Positions 26,543 to 38,900 of a DNA stretch of 64,000 nt are shown piece by piece. A model generated the notes under the pieces. It was given only the letters and a program-made list of their open reading frames with translations, did not search any database and was not told the DNA's origin. The stretch is from Octopus vulgaris (lineage: Eukaryota), in assembly GCA_951406725.2 (NCBI GenBank), contig OX597818.1, positions 43,028,001-43,092,000 on the forward strand, in the 5' to 3' direction. A program made the translations under genes and the position numbers. The stretch's first letter is position 1, and each line of letters begins with the position of its first letter.

Positions 26543-26847
26543 TTTTTTTTTGTTCCTTTTCGAGCCATGCCTGGCTCATAAGGGCCGGTTTCCCAGTTTC
26601 CTTGGCATGTAGGTTCCCCACCTGGCTGGGACGCCGGTCCATCACAGGTGAGCTGCTAGATGCAGGATGAAAGAGTGAGAGAAAGTTGTGGCAAAAGAGT
26701 CAGCAGAGGTTTGCCATTACCTTCTGCCAGAGCCGCATGGAACTTAGGTGTTTCGCTCATAAACACACAGAGCGTCCGGTCCGAGATTTGATCCTGCGAT
26801 CCCTCGACTGTGAGTCCGCTGCTCTAACCACTAGGCCATGTGCCTCC
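26543..26847 (-). mobile_element. SINE family C with 12-bp TSD gataatagaaaa
   Basis: Direct repeat at 26531-26542 and 26848-26859. Confidence 0.9.
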
Positions 26848-27831
26848 GATAATAGAAAAGTACCATAGCTATTAACTATTGTGGTTACTAATATCTGGAA
26901 GAAATTGTGTTGAATTGCATCTGTGTGTTTCTGTGAACATATTTCTGTTGTAATTTGTGTAACAACTTATAACCCACCTAGCATTTGACTTATTGAGTGG
27001 AGCCGGGTCACATATTTAATATCTAAATAACTTGATAAAACAGGAAATGTTTCAAGACTTTTTCAGTCTTCATAGTGAATTGAATTCGATGACACATGCT
27101 ATTGCTGTTTTATTGTAGTTGAAAATCATTAAGGTGTTCTCTGTTTTTCATCTGATGCAGCAGAATTTAAAATATATTTGACAATTAAAATGAAGTCTCT
27201 TTCAACAATGAGGAAATAACTTGGCCTCAGTGACTGTGGTTATTTTGTTACTAGAGTACACTATCATTCTTTGTGTATTGAGCTTTTGTGTTATATTTTG
27301 CTATTAATATATTTTCCATGACTAATACTCTAGTTTTTGTCTGCATATGTGTGAAAAGAAAAGGAAGAGCATGAGAGAGAAAGAGAGAGAGAGAGAGTGA
27401 GTCAATAAAATGACACAAACAACGACCACCAATATCATTTCATTGAAAAAGACTGGGTCAATTTTGCAATATTGAAGGGCTTTGGAAACTTATTGTTTCA
27501 AGTAAAGCATGAAGGACTAATAAGGAAATCTTCGTTTACGGCAAAATTAAAATTGAGACATAATGTTTTCAAGAAAACACAGATTCATACTAGCTGTCTG
27601 GGCTTGTATGCATGCATGCAGGACCAGGTAAAGTATGTGGAAGGGGGGGAACTATAACATATGTTATAAAGAGATCCTAAATCTAAAAATACACTGACAT
27701 AGTTTTCTTTTACTTGTATGATAAACTACAATTTAAAAGTTACATTTTCTAGATTTAGTATGTGCAACTCTGTTGGTAATACTGGAAATATCTTATAAAA
27801 TTGTTTAACATTACAGTATGTCAAAAAATTA

Positions 27832-28690
27832 CCATAAATCTTCGAGTATAGGCGCAGGGGTGGCTGTGTGGTAAGTAGCTTGCTTCCCAACCACATGGTT
27901 CGGGTTCAGTCCCACTGCGTGGCACCTTAGGCAAGTGTCTTCTACTATAGCCTCGGGCCGACCAAAGCCTTGTGTGTGGATTTGGTAGACGGAAATTGAA
28001 GGAAGCCCATCTATTATATGTATGTGTGTCTGTGTTTGTCCCCCCAACATCGCTTGATGACCGATGGTGGTGTGTTTATATCCCCGTAACTTAGTGGTTT
28101 GGCAAAAGAGACCGATAGAATAAGTACTAGGCTTACAAAGAATAAGTCCTGGGATCGATTTGCTCGACTAAAGGCGGTGCTCTAGCATGGCCACAGTCAA
28201 ATAACTGAAACAAGTAAAACAGTAAGCATATAGCCCACCCTTGAGTATAATACGCAGGGGATTTTTAGGGGTTGTACCTCTGAAAAACCTAAACCCTGTG
28301 TATAATATGCACCTCTTCTCTAACATGAGTCAAGGAGGTCTATATAATGTCCTTGGTTTGTAAAAATGTATACGGTAGCATACTGTATTATTATTGTATA
28401 TATAACATAATGCAAACGTGTAGCATTTTTGTGCATTTTGTTTGCAGAAAAAGAAATAACAGTAATAACGTTTAATAAATGTTGCTTACTGCAAATTATG
28501 GATGATTTAAGGTATTTTTGTGCCTGACATCACAAAATGCAGCTGAATAAACATTGCCGGACAGCAAATAGAGACTCAAACATTGCTTAGAAAATAATTT
28601 TCATTTTTAACCTTGTGTATAATATGCACTAGGGATTTTGACTTTTAAATTTTGGGAAAAAAAATGCGGATTATACTTGAGAATTTATGG
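27832..28690. mobile_element. Tc2/pogo-like non-autonomous DNA transposon (TA TSD) with a family B SINE inserted at ~27851-28229
   Basis: TA|ccataaatcttcgagtata ... tatacttgagaatttatgg|TA; related copy in the opposite orientation at 63151-63671. Confidence 0.8.
27851..28229 (+). mobile_element. SINE family B, full length, nested in the DNA transposon end
   Basis: ggcgcaggggtggctgtgtggtaag...actgaaacaagtaaaa. Confidence 0.88.
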
Positions 28691-29425
28691 TAAGAAATTT
28701 GAGCTGTAGCTTGTTACCTGTAGTAAATGACTTATTAGATTAATGTAGTGAAATTAGAGATAGAAATAAAGGTGATAACTCTTATTGTTATTTAGTAAAG
28801 CTATGATACTCCATTGGTCCTTGTCACCTATTTGTAGAAATATGAGGTGACTGAGGATGGAAGGATTGAATCAACAGTGGGTGGTTGATCCATATCATCC
28901 ACAGGATTAACAATTACAGCAGAGTTGGGATGAATTTGGAGAATGAGTCAAATTTCTGTTATTTACTTGCTAATGCTAATTCTGGTTAATGAGTTCCTCT
29001 AAGTCTCTAAAATATTGATAATATTGCTGAATATCAGTTTCTCTTGACAAGTCAATGTACAATATGAAATAATCAAAACGATTCTCATACAACTGAGAAT
29101 TTGGGTTTCTTGAGCAATGGTTCATCATCTTCGCCATCATTGCTATCTCTGCTGTCGTCATTGAGAACTTCTTTCCACTAATTTTTCTCCTGTTATCTTC
29201 TATGTCTTCTTCGTAGAAACATGAGCAACAATAATATCTACATCGCAGCACACAATATCAAAAAAAGCTATAGAGAGTATAAAATGCTTCCTCAGATTGC
29301 TGGTATTGTTCTTATAAGTACTGTTTACTACTGTATAAAAATGTTATAAATTCCTGTTATCCAATAACAGACAGTTATTTTAATCATGTTGTTTTAAAAT
29401 GTTTTATTTATATATTTCATTTCAG

Positions 29426-29503
29426 AAAGAACAACTTCTTTTCCAATATGACCCTGCAGACGTGCCTTCTGAAATGGCAGGTGTCATGTCCTCCATTAAG
29501 AAT
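29426..29503 (+). CDS. Exon a: KEQLLFQYDPADVPSEMAGVMSSIKN (phase 0/0)
   Basis: tttcatttcag|AAA...AAT|gtacgt. Confidence 0.8.
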
Positions 29504-32500
29504 GTACGTAAAATAACTTTTATATTTTGTATAAATACAATGTGCAGAGTAAATTATGACTTCATAATTTATAATTTGACTGTTTTGAATTTTTTCTGAG
29601 CTTTAAGGGTTAAAGCACTTCAAAAGAAATATTTTTATCAATGCTTCTTCTTTTCTTTGTTCCATAACACTGCTTTAATAGATCACAGTTTAATAGGACA
29701 CAGCAATAATTGATTCAATGAAGTTTTTAACTGCTTTTTCTTTTAGAATGTAAACTATTTAGAATCTAAACTAGTTTGTATAAATCAGCAATTTTTAAAA
29801 TTATTCCCTTTGCTCCCTGCAGAAAATAGGCCATTGACAACTTTTCTCGACTATGGGCTGTCTTTTTCCCTCCCAGGTCTTGTTGGCATCTGTAAATTTG
29901 CTCCTTTTCTAGGTAGAGCTGCTGGCCCTACACAAACCCGGTTTTACTTTAGTGAAGAGGTAGTTCATATTTGTTTGGCCTCTATTCTTTGACCTACTTG
30001 GAGCTTATGCTCTGCTGGCATAGATCTCAGGGTCATTGAGGCACACAAGCCACTACATCACAAGAACTGAACCTTGTGGTGGATAAAATCAGTTTAGTGG
30101 AGATAAAAAAGAAGTTTGATGGTTTCGATAGACCAGAAACATTAAATTCACTTTCTCCTCTTGGCATGCAAACTTATCCAATCTCACAAACTATCTCTGG
30201 TATTGATTAAGAACAGAATTAATAATTTCTTACTAAAATCTAAGCCAATCACAAGAAAAGAAGAGAAAAACTATTATTGCACACACCATGTAATGTGCTA
30301 AAAAATAGCATTTTAATATTAAATTGTACACCTGAGCACTGTATACAATAAGTTCATTATATATTATTATAATTTAAAATGGGAATATTAAACCTAATTA
30401 GGTTCAATTTGGAGAAGCTCTTAATTTAGAAGATTTTTATATTGAAAATTTTCAAATTATTTTTATTATTTCAAATGGAATGTAAAAGTAAAAAGTAGCC
30501 ATCTGATCTATCTTGGAAGCAGTAGCATAGCCACATTCTAAAGTTATGGGAAGCAAATATATATAAAAAAAAAGGGTGCTGTGACACATATCAAACAATA
30601 TCAAACTAATTTCTCTTATATCACATGATATATTTCATTAGTTATGGTATACATAATTGTATTACAACTACTGATATAGGTGTGACATGAATAAGATGAA
30701 ACCCCATGGGATTGTCCAGTGTTAAGAGGTTATGACATCAGGGTTTATTTTGGTTCTTCAGATGTCAGCGGTCACCAACACATCACAGGATATTGAGCAG
30801 ACAGTTCAAAAACATGGGAAGTTGATCAAATAAAGCAATGACCCCAGAAAAAAAAAAAACAAAGAAAAAAATTTGACTGTTATTGCACAAAAAATTGTTG
30901 AAAAGGTGCCAATTTTGAAAAAAAATGAAGAATGCAATTTTAGATACATTATATCTATAAAAGCAAAATGATAGGATGATTACAGCTGAAATGCATCTGA
31001 TAATAAGTTTGCGTGATCAGAGTTAACCCAGGGTTAAACAATAACAACATGAGATTAATGCAAAATAGTCAACTAGTTATTTACTAAGCTAAATTGATTA
31101 GAAAGGTATTGTCTTTAAGCAATACTCAACACAGCATGTTCTAGCTAGAAGTAATAATATTTGAAAAAAAAAATATTTATAAATATCTCTTTGTTACAAA
31201 GAAAAGCAGCCCTCTATATTTTCTTTTACTTTCATTGTTTTGTCTTTCTACAATTTAGCTTGCAGAGAAGATGTTATTTCATTGGCGAGAATTCCCAATT
31301 GTTCTTCCTGCCTCTATCACAGACAATGATGCAGAACAAACAAATGCTGCCAATGGAGACGCTAACAAGGAACAGCCTGTAAGATAAATGTCTTGTTTTA
31401 CATTCGTACATCAGCAGAACTAGCTATAATTGTTGCAATTTTTGTTATCATTATGACTGTAGAAGAATGATGTAGCAGATAACACCTGGGGCTCTCTTCT
31501 CTTGCATAAGAAACATAGAAAGAATGGCTTAAATAGATATGATTACTACATAATTTGAAAGTTTGAAGGTTAGTTATTCCTGGAGCATGTGAGAAAGGTG
31601 AAAGTTAGAAGTCCTTAGAATAAAGGACTGAATATATAGGTTTTGAAAACAACAGACACTGAAGATAGTGTTACTGAAGAGGTAGACCAGTAGCTAAGTT
31701 ACGATGGAGAGCTGAATAAATCAATTCTTTCTTTTATCTCTGACTTGTTTCAGTCATTGGAGTGTGGTCATACTGGGGCACTGCCTTGAAGGGTTTAGTT
31801 GAACAAATCAACTTATGTTTTTTTTTTTAAATGTGATACTTATTCTATCAGTCTCTTTTTGTGAAGCCACTAATTTATGGGGCTGTAAACAAACCAACAT
31901 AGGTTGTCAAATAGTGGCAGTGTGGTAAGTAGCTTCCTTACCAACCACATGGTTCCAGGTTCAGTCCCACTGCGTGGCACCTTGGGCAAGTATCTTCTAC
32001 TATAGCCTCAGGCCGACCAAAGCCTTGTGAGTAGATTTGGTAGACGGAAAGTGAAAGAAGCCCGTCGTATGTATGCTTGACAACTGATGCTGGTGTGTTT
32101 ATGTCCCCGTAACTTAGTGGTTCGGCAAAAGAGACTGATAGAATAAGTACTAGGTTTACAAAGAATAAGTCCTGGGATCAATTTGCTCAACTAAAGGTGG
32201 TGCTCCAGCATGGCCACAGTCAAATGACTGTTCCCTTTCATTTGTTCACTCATTCATTCATGCAAACATACATACTTAAATGCATATATACATGTATACA
32301 TACACATGTACATGTATTCACACACATACACAAAGAAGGAGAGAGAGAGGGAGGTGGAGAGGGTACTTGCTTATCCAATCTCATAAGAACAATCTTCGAC
32401 AAAATACATATTTCAACAATTTTCTTAATACATGAAACCTCTAAAGTAGAAAAGAAATTAAAAGTTACTCAAATATACTTATATTTGTCTTAGATTTCTT

Positions 32501-35500
32501 GGGCCAGTGTAATAATTTCTTGTGTTTTACAGTCATTAATATTATTGTCATAATGTCACCAAAGCAAAGCTCTTGTCTTTGTTTTCTACTGAAGAACCTG
32601 CTGAATTATGAATAATGCTTATCAATTAATTAACCTAGTAGTTCTCTGATGTTTGTTTTCAGAACTCTGTTTAATTTGTTTAAGCTAGTATTGTTATATA
32701 GCTGTACAAACTGTTTTCATAAGTATAATAATAAATGGTTACATTAACATGCTGATCAATCTGAAGTTATTTCAGTTGGTCCATTCCAATATACCATATT
32801 GAATTCGGTGTTTATTGGATAGCTGACTCAGATTCCTGACTTCTGTGATGATAGTGATATTTTCAAGCTCTCATTTTTTTATGCCTGTTTGTGTTATTAT
32901 TGAATGACTTGCAAATGGTTTTATTGTATTTGTTGCATTAACTGAATATGGCATGATTGCTTCAAAGCTTTTTCTGTTTGCCAAAGAGCAAACTATGTTC
33001 ATATATTTACTCATAGCTCTAGGTTAAGTTATGAAGTTATGTCACTATAAACTTTTCTGTAAAGAAAAGCTTTTATTATCATAGTTGTCATCGTTTTAAC
33101 TTCTACTTTTCCATGCTTGCATTGGTCAGACAAAATTTATAGAGGCATGTTTTTCTCTGGTTGGATGTGCACTGTGTTAACCCTTACTAGTTTACAAGAA
33201 CGGTAATATTCCCTGCTGTCTTTCAGACATGAAAGACTTGATGATCAGACATGTTTTCACAGAAGATTACTGACAAATGATAATGTTTTTGTATAACTGA
33301 TGACTTTGTTTACGAGCAGTGTACAAATGTCAAAACAAGAACACACACACACACACACACACTTGCAAGTACACACACATGCACTTCATTTTTGTTTGGA
33401 AAATGGCGTTGTGTCTGCAGTGAAAACATATCATTAGATGGACCAAGGGAAATATTACATTGTTTGGAAACAGGTTGGAGTTGGTAACAGTAAATTCATT
33501 TACCCTTAAAAAATATGCATTAAAATGTTTCACCTTATGCAAGAAAGTGAACTGTAAAATAATATTGATGATATAAGCTTCCCTTTACAGAATACTTATA
33601 GTAACGTAACTTCATGGCTTGATCTAGAGAGATGAGTAAATTCTTACAGTATCTTACAGTTTCCATTAATGAAATTCACTCATAAGGCATTAGCAGGCCT
33701 GGGCTGTAGCAGAAATGAATTACTCAAGGTGCCATTGCAGAAGGGCTGAACCTAAAACCACGTGGTTGTGAAGCAAAATTTTTTATCCACACAACTATGC
33801 CTGCACTTTATAATTCTGTATATTTTTATACAGAGAAGATAAAAGAAGTGTGGTTAGGGTGCTAAAATATTGGTTAACTCTTTAGCATTCAGATTATTCT
33901 GTTAAATGTTATGCTTGTTGATTCATGTTGTTTTTAATTAATCAAGCATTATCTCATGGCTTTAAGATCTTGGTGATATGATTGTTAATGCCTTGAATGA
34001 CATTGTGTTGGGTAGGTGTGAGAGGCTGGATGTGGCCAGTTTGAACATAAAACAGGAAGAATATTCGGGCCAGATATAGCTGGTTTAAATACTGAAGGGT
34101 TAAACAACTCACCACTGTAAGTTATCAAATTGACAAGTGTTTTATTGATTTGAGGTATTGAATTCAACTCCTCTGAACACAATTTAGATAAGACTGGCTC
34201 CAGCAAACTGACATGCCCTACATACATTGTATGAAGGCAAAGTCCAAGTGAGTCTTTAGGATATCAGGTTAATCATTGAGAAAAGTATCTAAGAGAAATA
34301 CATGAAAATTTTATTTATCTAGCCAGTTCACTTATGCATACCTTTCCTTCTTGGGACACAAAACTCTGCTTGCGAAGACCTGTTGAGGCAAGTGAAATGG
34401 AAGTCAATCAAAAATCAATGGAAACTGTAATTGTGATACCAGTGCCAGTGGCACATAAAAGAACCATCTGAACGTGGCCGTTGCCAGCGCTGCCTCGCCT
34501 GGTACCTGTGCCGGTGGCACGTAAAAAGCACCCACTACACTCACGGAGTGGTTGGCGTTAGGAAAGGCATCCAGCTGTAGAAACACTGCCAGATCAGACT
34601 GGGCCTGGTGCAGCCTCCTGGCTTCCCAGTAGCCGGTCGAACCATCCAACCCATGCTAGCATAGAAAGCGGATGTTAAACGATGATGATAATGATGATGA
34701 TGATAAGAGAAACTCTGCTAATTTATGTAGTCATGAACAAAAGGCATAGTTTAAATCTTTATAGTTTGATATGAAACTGCTGAAAATTACGGTAACATTT
34801 AAATGTTGATCAGAAATAAAAGTGGCAATCATTTTTAGAAAAGAGTCGACAAAGTGGGACTTTAGGCTAATTTATCTTTCATTTGTATTTAATTATAAGG
34901 TCCTTTTACACATTGAATTGTTTCCCGCATTTTATATCCATCTTTAGAAAAATATTTTTCTTGTAAGAAATTTTCATATTAAATATTCAGATGACTGCTA
35001 AGAGTTAGTCTTATTAAGATGATAATTTTCTAGACTATTGATCTCAACTTTAAAGTATATGTTTACAATATATTTACAATTGGTCCATGCATGGTTATAT
35101 GGTTAAGAAGTTTGCTTTGCAACTATGTGGCATTGGGTTCAGTCCCACTATGTAGCATCTTGGGCAAATGTTTTCTATAAGCCTCCAGGCTTACCATTGT
35201 CTGTGAGAGAATTTGATAGTTGGAATTGTGTAGAAACCCACTGTGTATGTGTGTGTGTGTGTGCCTTTGCATTTGCCTCTTGACATTTCATAGCCATTGT
35301 GTTTTTTTTTTGTGTCATTGTAACTTAGCAGTTTAACAATAAGAGACTGATAGAGAAAAAGTACCAAACGTAAAAGAAGTACTGAGATCATTTGATTGAC
35401 TAAGCCCTTCAAGGGGTGCTCCAGCATGGCTGCAGTCCAGTGTCTGAAACAAGTAAAAAAAAAAGAATAAAACAACTGTATCTGCGCTGTTTTACTTGGT

Positions 35501-35849
35501 TCATTCTCTGTTAGACACTAAGTGTCTTATTCCTGGATATGTCTCAGACTGGATTTGAAATACAACTTATTATTTTTTAACTCGAGTTTTACCAAGAAAG
35601 TCACTGGTATATATGTACAATATGTTAGTATAAATATACTCTCTAAATATTAGGTTAGTAATCTGGAAAATTATTATCTTCATATTTTTCCATTTATTTT
35701 TATCATTGCATTTGAGTTTATGGTAAAATATTTAGCTGTTCCACCTTTTTTTTTTTTTTCTTGTTTACCACCTGTCCTTAGCATTTGCACAGATCACAAT
35801 TCTTTTCTTGATTTTCTCTCTCTATCTCCAGCTCTCTCCCTTATCACAT

Positions 35850-35902
<53 letters not shown>

Positions 35903-38900
35903 GAGTGAGTGATGTTTCGCTGATCATTTAATTTCAACATCTAATTCTGTTGTGTTACCTATGAAACTTTTTTCTTTGTAATGGTTCCTAGTTCAGATCC
36001 AAGCTGAGACATCATGCACTTGTTTGACAGAATTTCTTCCTCTGAAGATTTCTCCTGCTATCCACTTGCCCCAAAGGAAGTTTCTGCTCACCATTCCAGG
36101 AATAAGACACTTGGTAACCAGTGTTCTCTCTAAGCTGTGTGCCTAAGCTTTCACACACAACTTTCACGGCTAAGAAAAGGAAAGAATGTGCACACACAAG
36201 GTTTTCAAAATGAAATCAGATTTCTTTTAATTGAAGAAATTTGAGCAATGGTTACTCCCATAGATGCATATATATTTTGCAAACAAGCACAAAATTGCAC
36301 ACAGTGCAAATTTCAATGCACACCCACAGCAAACAGTTGAGGAAACATTGCTAGTGACTACAGAAGGATGGTGTGACATGAAAAAAGATTTAAAGAAATA
36401 TATTTGTTGAATTCTCATTTTACATCATATCATTTTTTTTTAATTAAAATAAAAATATGAAAATAATATTTTTTGCATTTACTAATTATTTTAATTTGTC
36501 TTGCATGTCTTTCTTTATAATACTGAACAAATTTATTTCATCCATGCCTATAATATTTTGCTCTCCCCATGATTTTTATTTTTTGTTTTCATTTCCTTAT
36601 GGTCTTTAGTCCAAAATATGTTAGTGCAGCTGATGCAACTTGTGAAAAGAAGAGTTTTTATGCATTTGAATGCAAGGGTGTGCCTTATGTGTAGAGTTTT
36701 AAACTCTGCATAGAGTTGAAAGGGACCTTCAGCAAAAGAAATTGTACTTGTTTCTGATGGCATTGCCCCAGCACTGCCTTACAATTTGTCATTAAACAGT
36801 CTTAATAAATGTATGTCTTTTAGTTGTGTTCCTCCTTAACTTTTGTTTTTTGGTGACTTTTATTTGTTGTTTTCTGTCTTTTAAGGAAAAAGTCACATTT
36901 CGAGATGTTTTCATTGCACCTACCTTTGATGAATTGGAAGAGGTAGCACGACTTCCTAACGGGGTGCAGAAAAAACTAAATGAAAAACAGCTTTACTGTA
37001 TTTGGGATAATGGGTAAGTAAAACAGACTGACCTTACAGATTAACTCAGCATTCAATATATACTGAAATGCAATTTTTAGTTACTTTTTAAATTTCATAT
37101 ACATATTTATAATTTTATCAAAGGTAAAAAACTTTTCATAAGCTGTTACTCAGAGTTTCACATAACCATTTGTTTGACAGTCATGAATAGTATTCTGAAT
37201 AATCTTGACTGTCTGGTGAATGGTTATGTGAAACTCTGAGTGGCTGTTTGTGAATTTTTTTCAGCTTTAATAAAATAGCATTTTACCCTACAGTTAGTAT
37301 TCAAGTACTATTTTCTCCACCTTTGTTTTGTACTTGTATGTGTGTGTATTAGAACAGATAATGTAGTAATTCCTTTTTAGCTATTATTCTCTATAATTCT
37401 TTAGCTATTATTCTCTATAATGGAGTCTTTTCTGTTGGTTTTTCAGTAATATATGACATCTGTCATGCACTAAGATATTTAAGAAGTTGCTCTGTACATT
37501 GTTTCTATTGACATTCCTTAAGTTTTCTGTCATACTGTTTAGTTTCATAGTTAGTAGCCATCATCTCTACTATATTATCATATTAAAATGAAGGTGGCAA
37601 GCTGGTAGAATTGTTAGCACGCTGGATGAAATGTTTAGTGGTATTTCAGTTGTTGCTATGTTCTGGGTTCAAATTCCGCCGAGGTTGACTTTGCCTTTCA
37701 TCCTTTTGGGGGGTCGATAAATTAAGTACCAGTGAAATGCCGGGGTTGATATAATCGACTAGTCCCCTCCTCCAAAATTTCAGGTCCTGTGCCTTTAGTA
37801 GAAAGGATTATCATATTAAAATGCCCAAGCATGGTTGTGTGGTCAAGAAACGTTTGTTTTGGAGCTATATAATTCAGGTTTGATCCCAATTCTCTTCTAA
37901 CATAGCCTTAGGATTTTAGTTGACAGAAACAGTATGGAACCTGTTATATGTGTGTGTGTGTGTATTTCAGTAATGTATATTGATGAAAGATGTAAACACA
38001 GGTGAAAGGACTGATAAGCCAGTGCTTTTGAATGGAGTCAGTTATAATATTTGTTGCACCTGAGTTTCCACGTCACTCCTGCCAGTATAAATGCAGTGTG
38101 CTGGTGTTTGGTCCATTAGAAACCTGTAGCTAACAGCGCTATTATTCACAAAATGTAACATAAAAATTAATATGGAATATGAACATTAAATGATGATGGT
38201 GATGATATCAAAAGTATATAGATGAAGACCAAAATTTTTATTGGACAGTGTACTGGTAACTGGATATATCATTATGTGTATGATTCAATGTTTATCAACT
38301 CCCAGTTAAAAAAAGCAAATTCATTTTGTATCTCTTAAAACTCGTTGACAGTTTTACTTATAATTTGATATTAAAACACAAAATATTTGTACATTATTTT
38401 ACACTGATAAAGAAACAACAGATAGTGATTTGATTTCTTTATTTGCATAATTTTGAGACTTCTCCATATGTGTTATGTTCTGGGTGTTCCATTTCTCCTT
38501 TTGTTTCCGAGATCACTAAATTTTTTTTAAATCAGTGTTGTAACCTGTTATAATTTAAAGTATTCTGATTTGTTTTCAACAAAATTAAATTTGATCATCA
38601 TAGCTGCTCTTTCAAATTATAAGAGACATTTTGGAGGCATCATTTTTACAGTTCCTCTTTGTTTCCTATCCTTCAAAGAAATTTTACTTATTTCTTTATT
38701 GCCCACAAGGGGCTAAACATAGAGGGGACAAACAAGGACAGACAAAGAGATTAAGTCGCTTACATCAACCCCAGTGCGTAACTGGTACTTAATTTATTGA
38801 CCCCAAAAGGATGAAAGGCAAAGTCGACCTCAGCGGAATTTGAACTCAGAACATAACGGCAGACGAAATACCGCTAAGCATTTTGGCCGGTGCGCTAACG

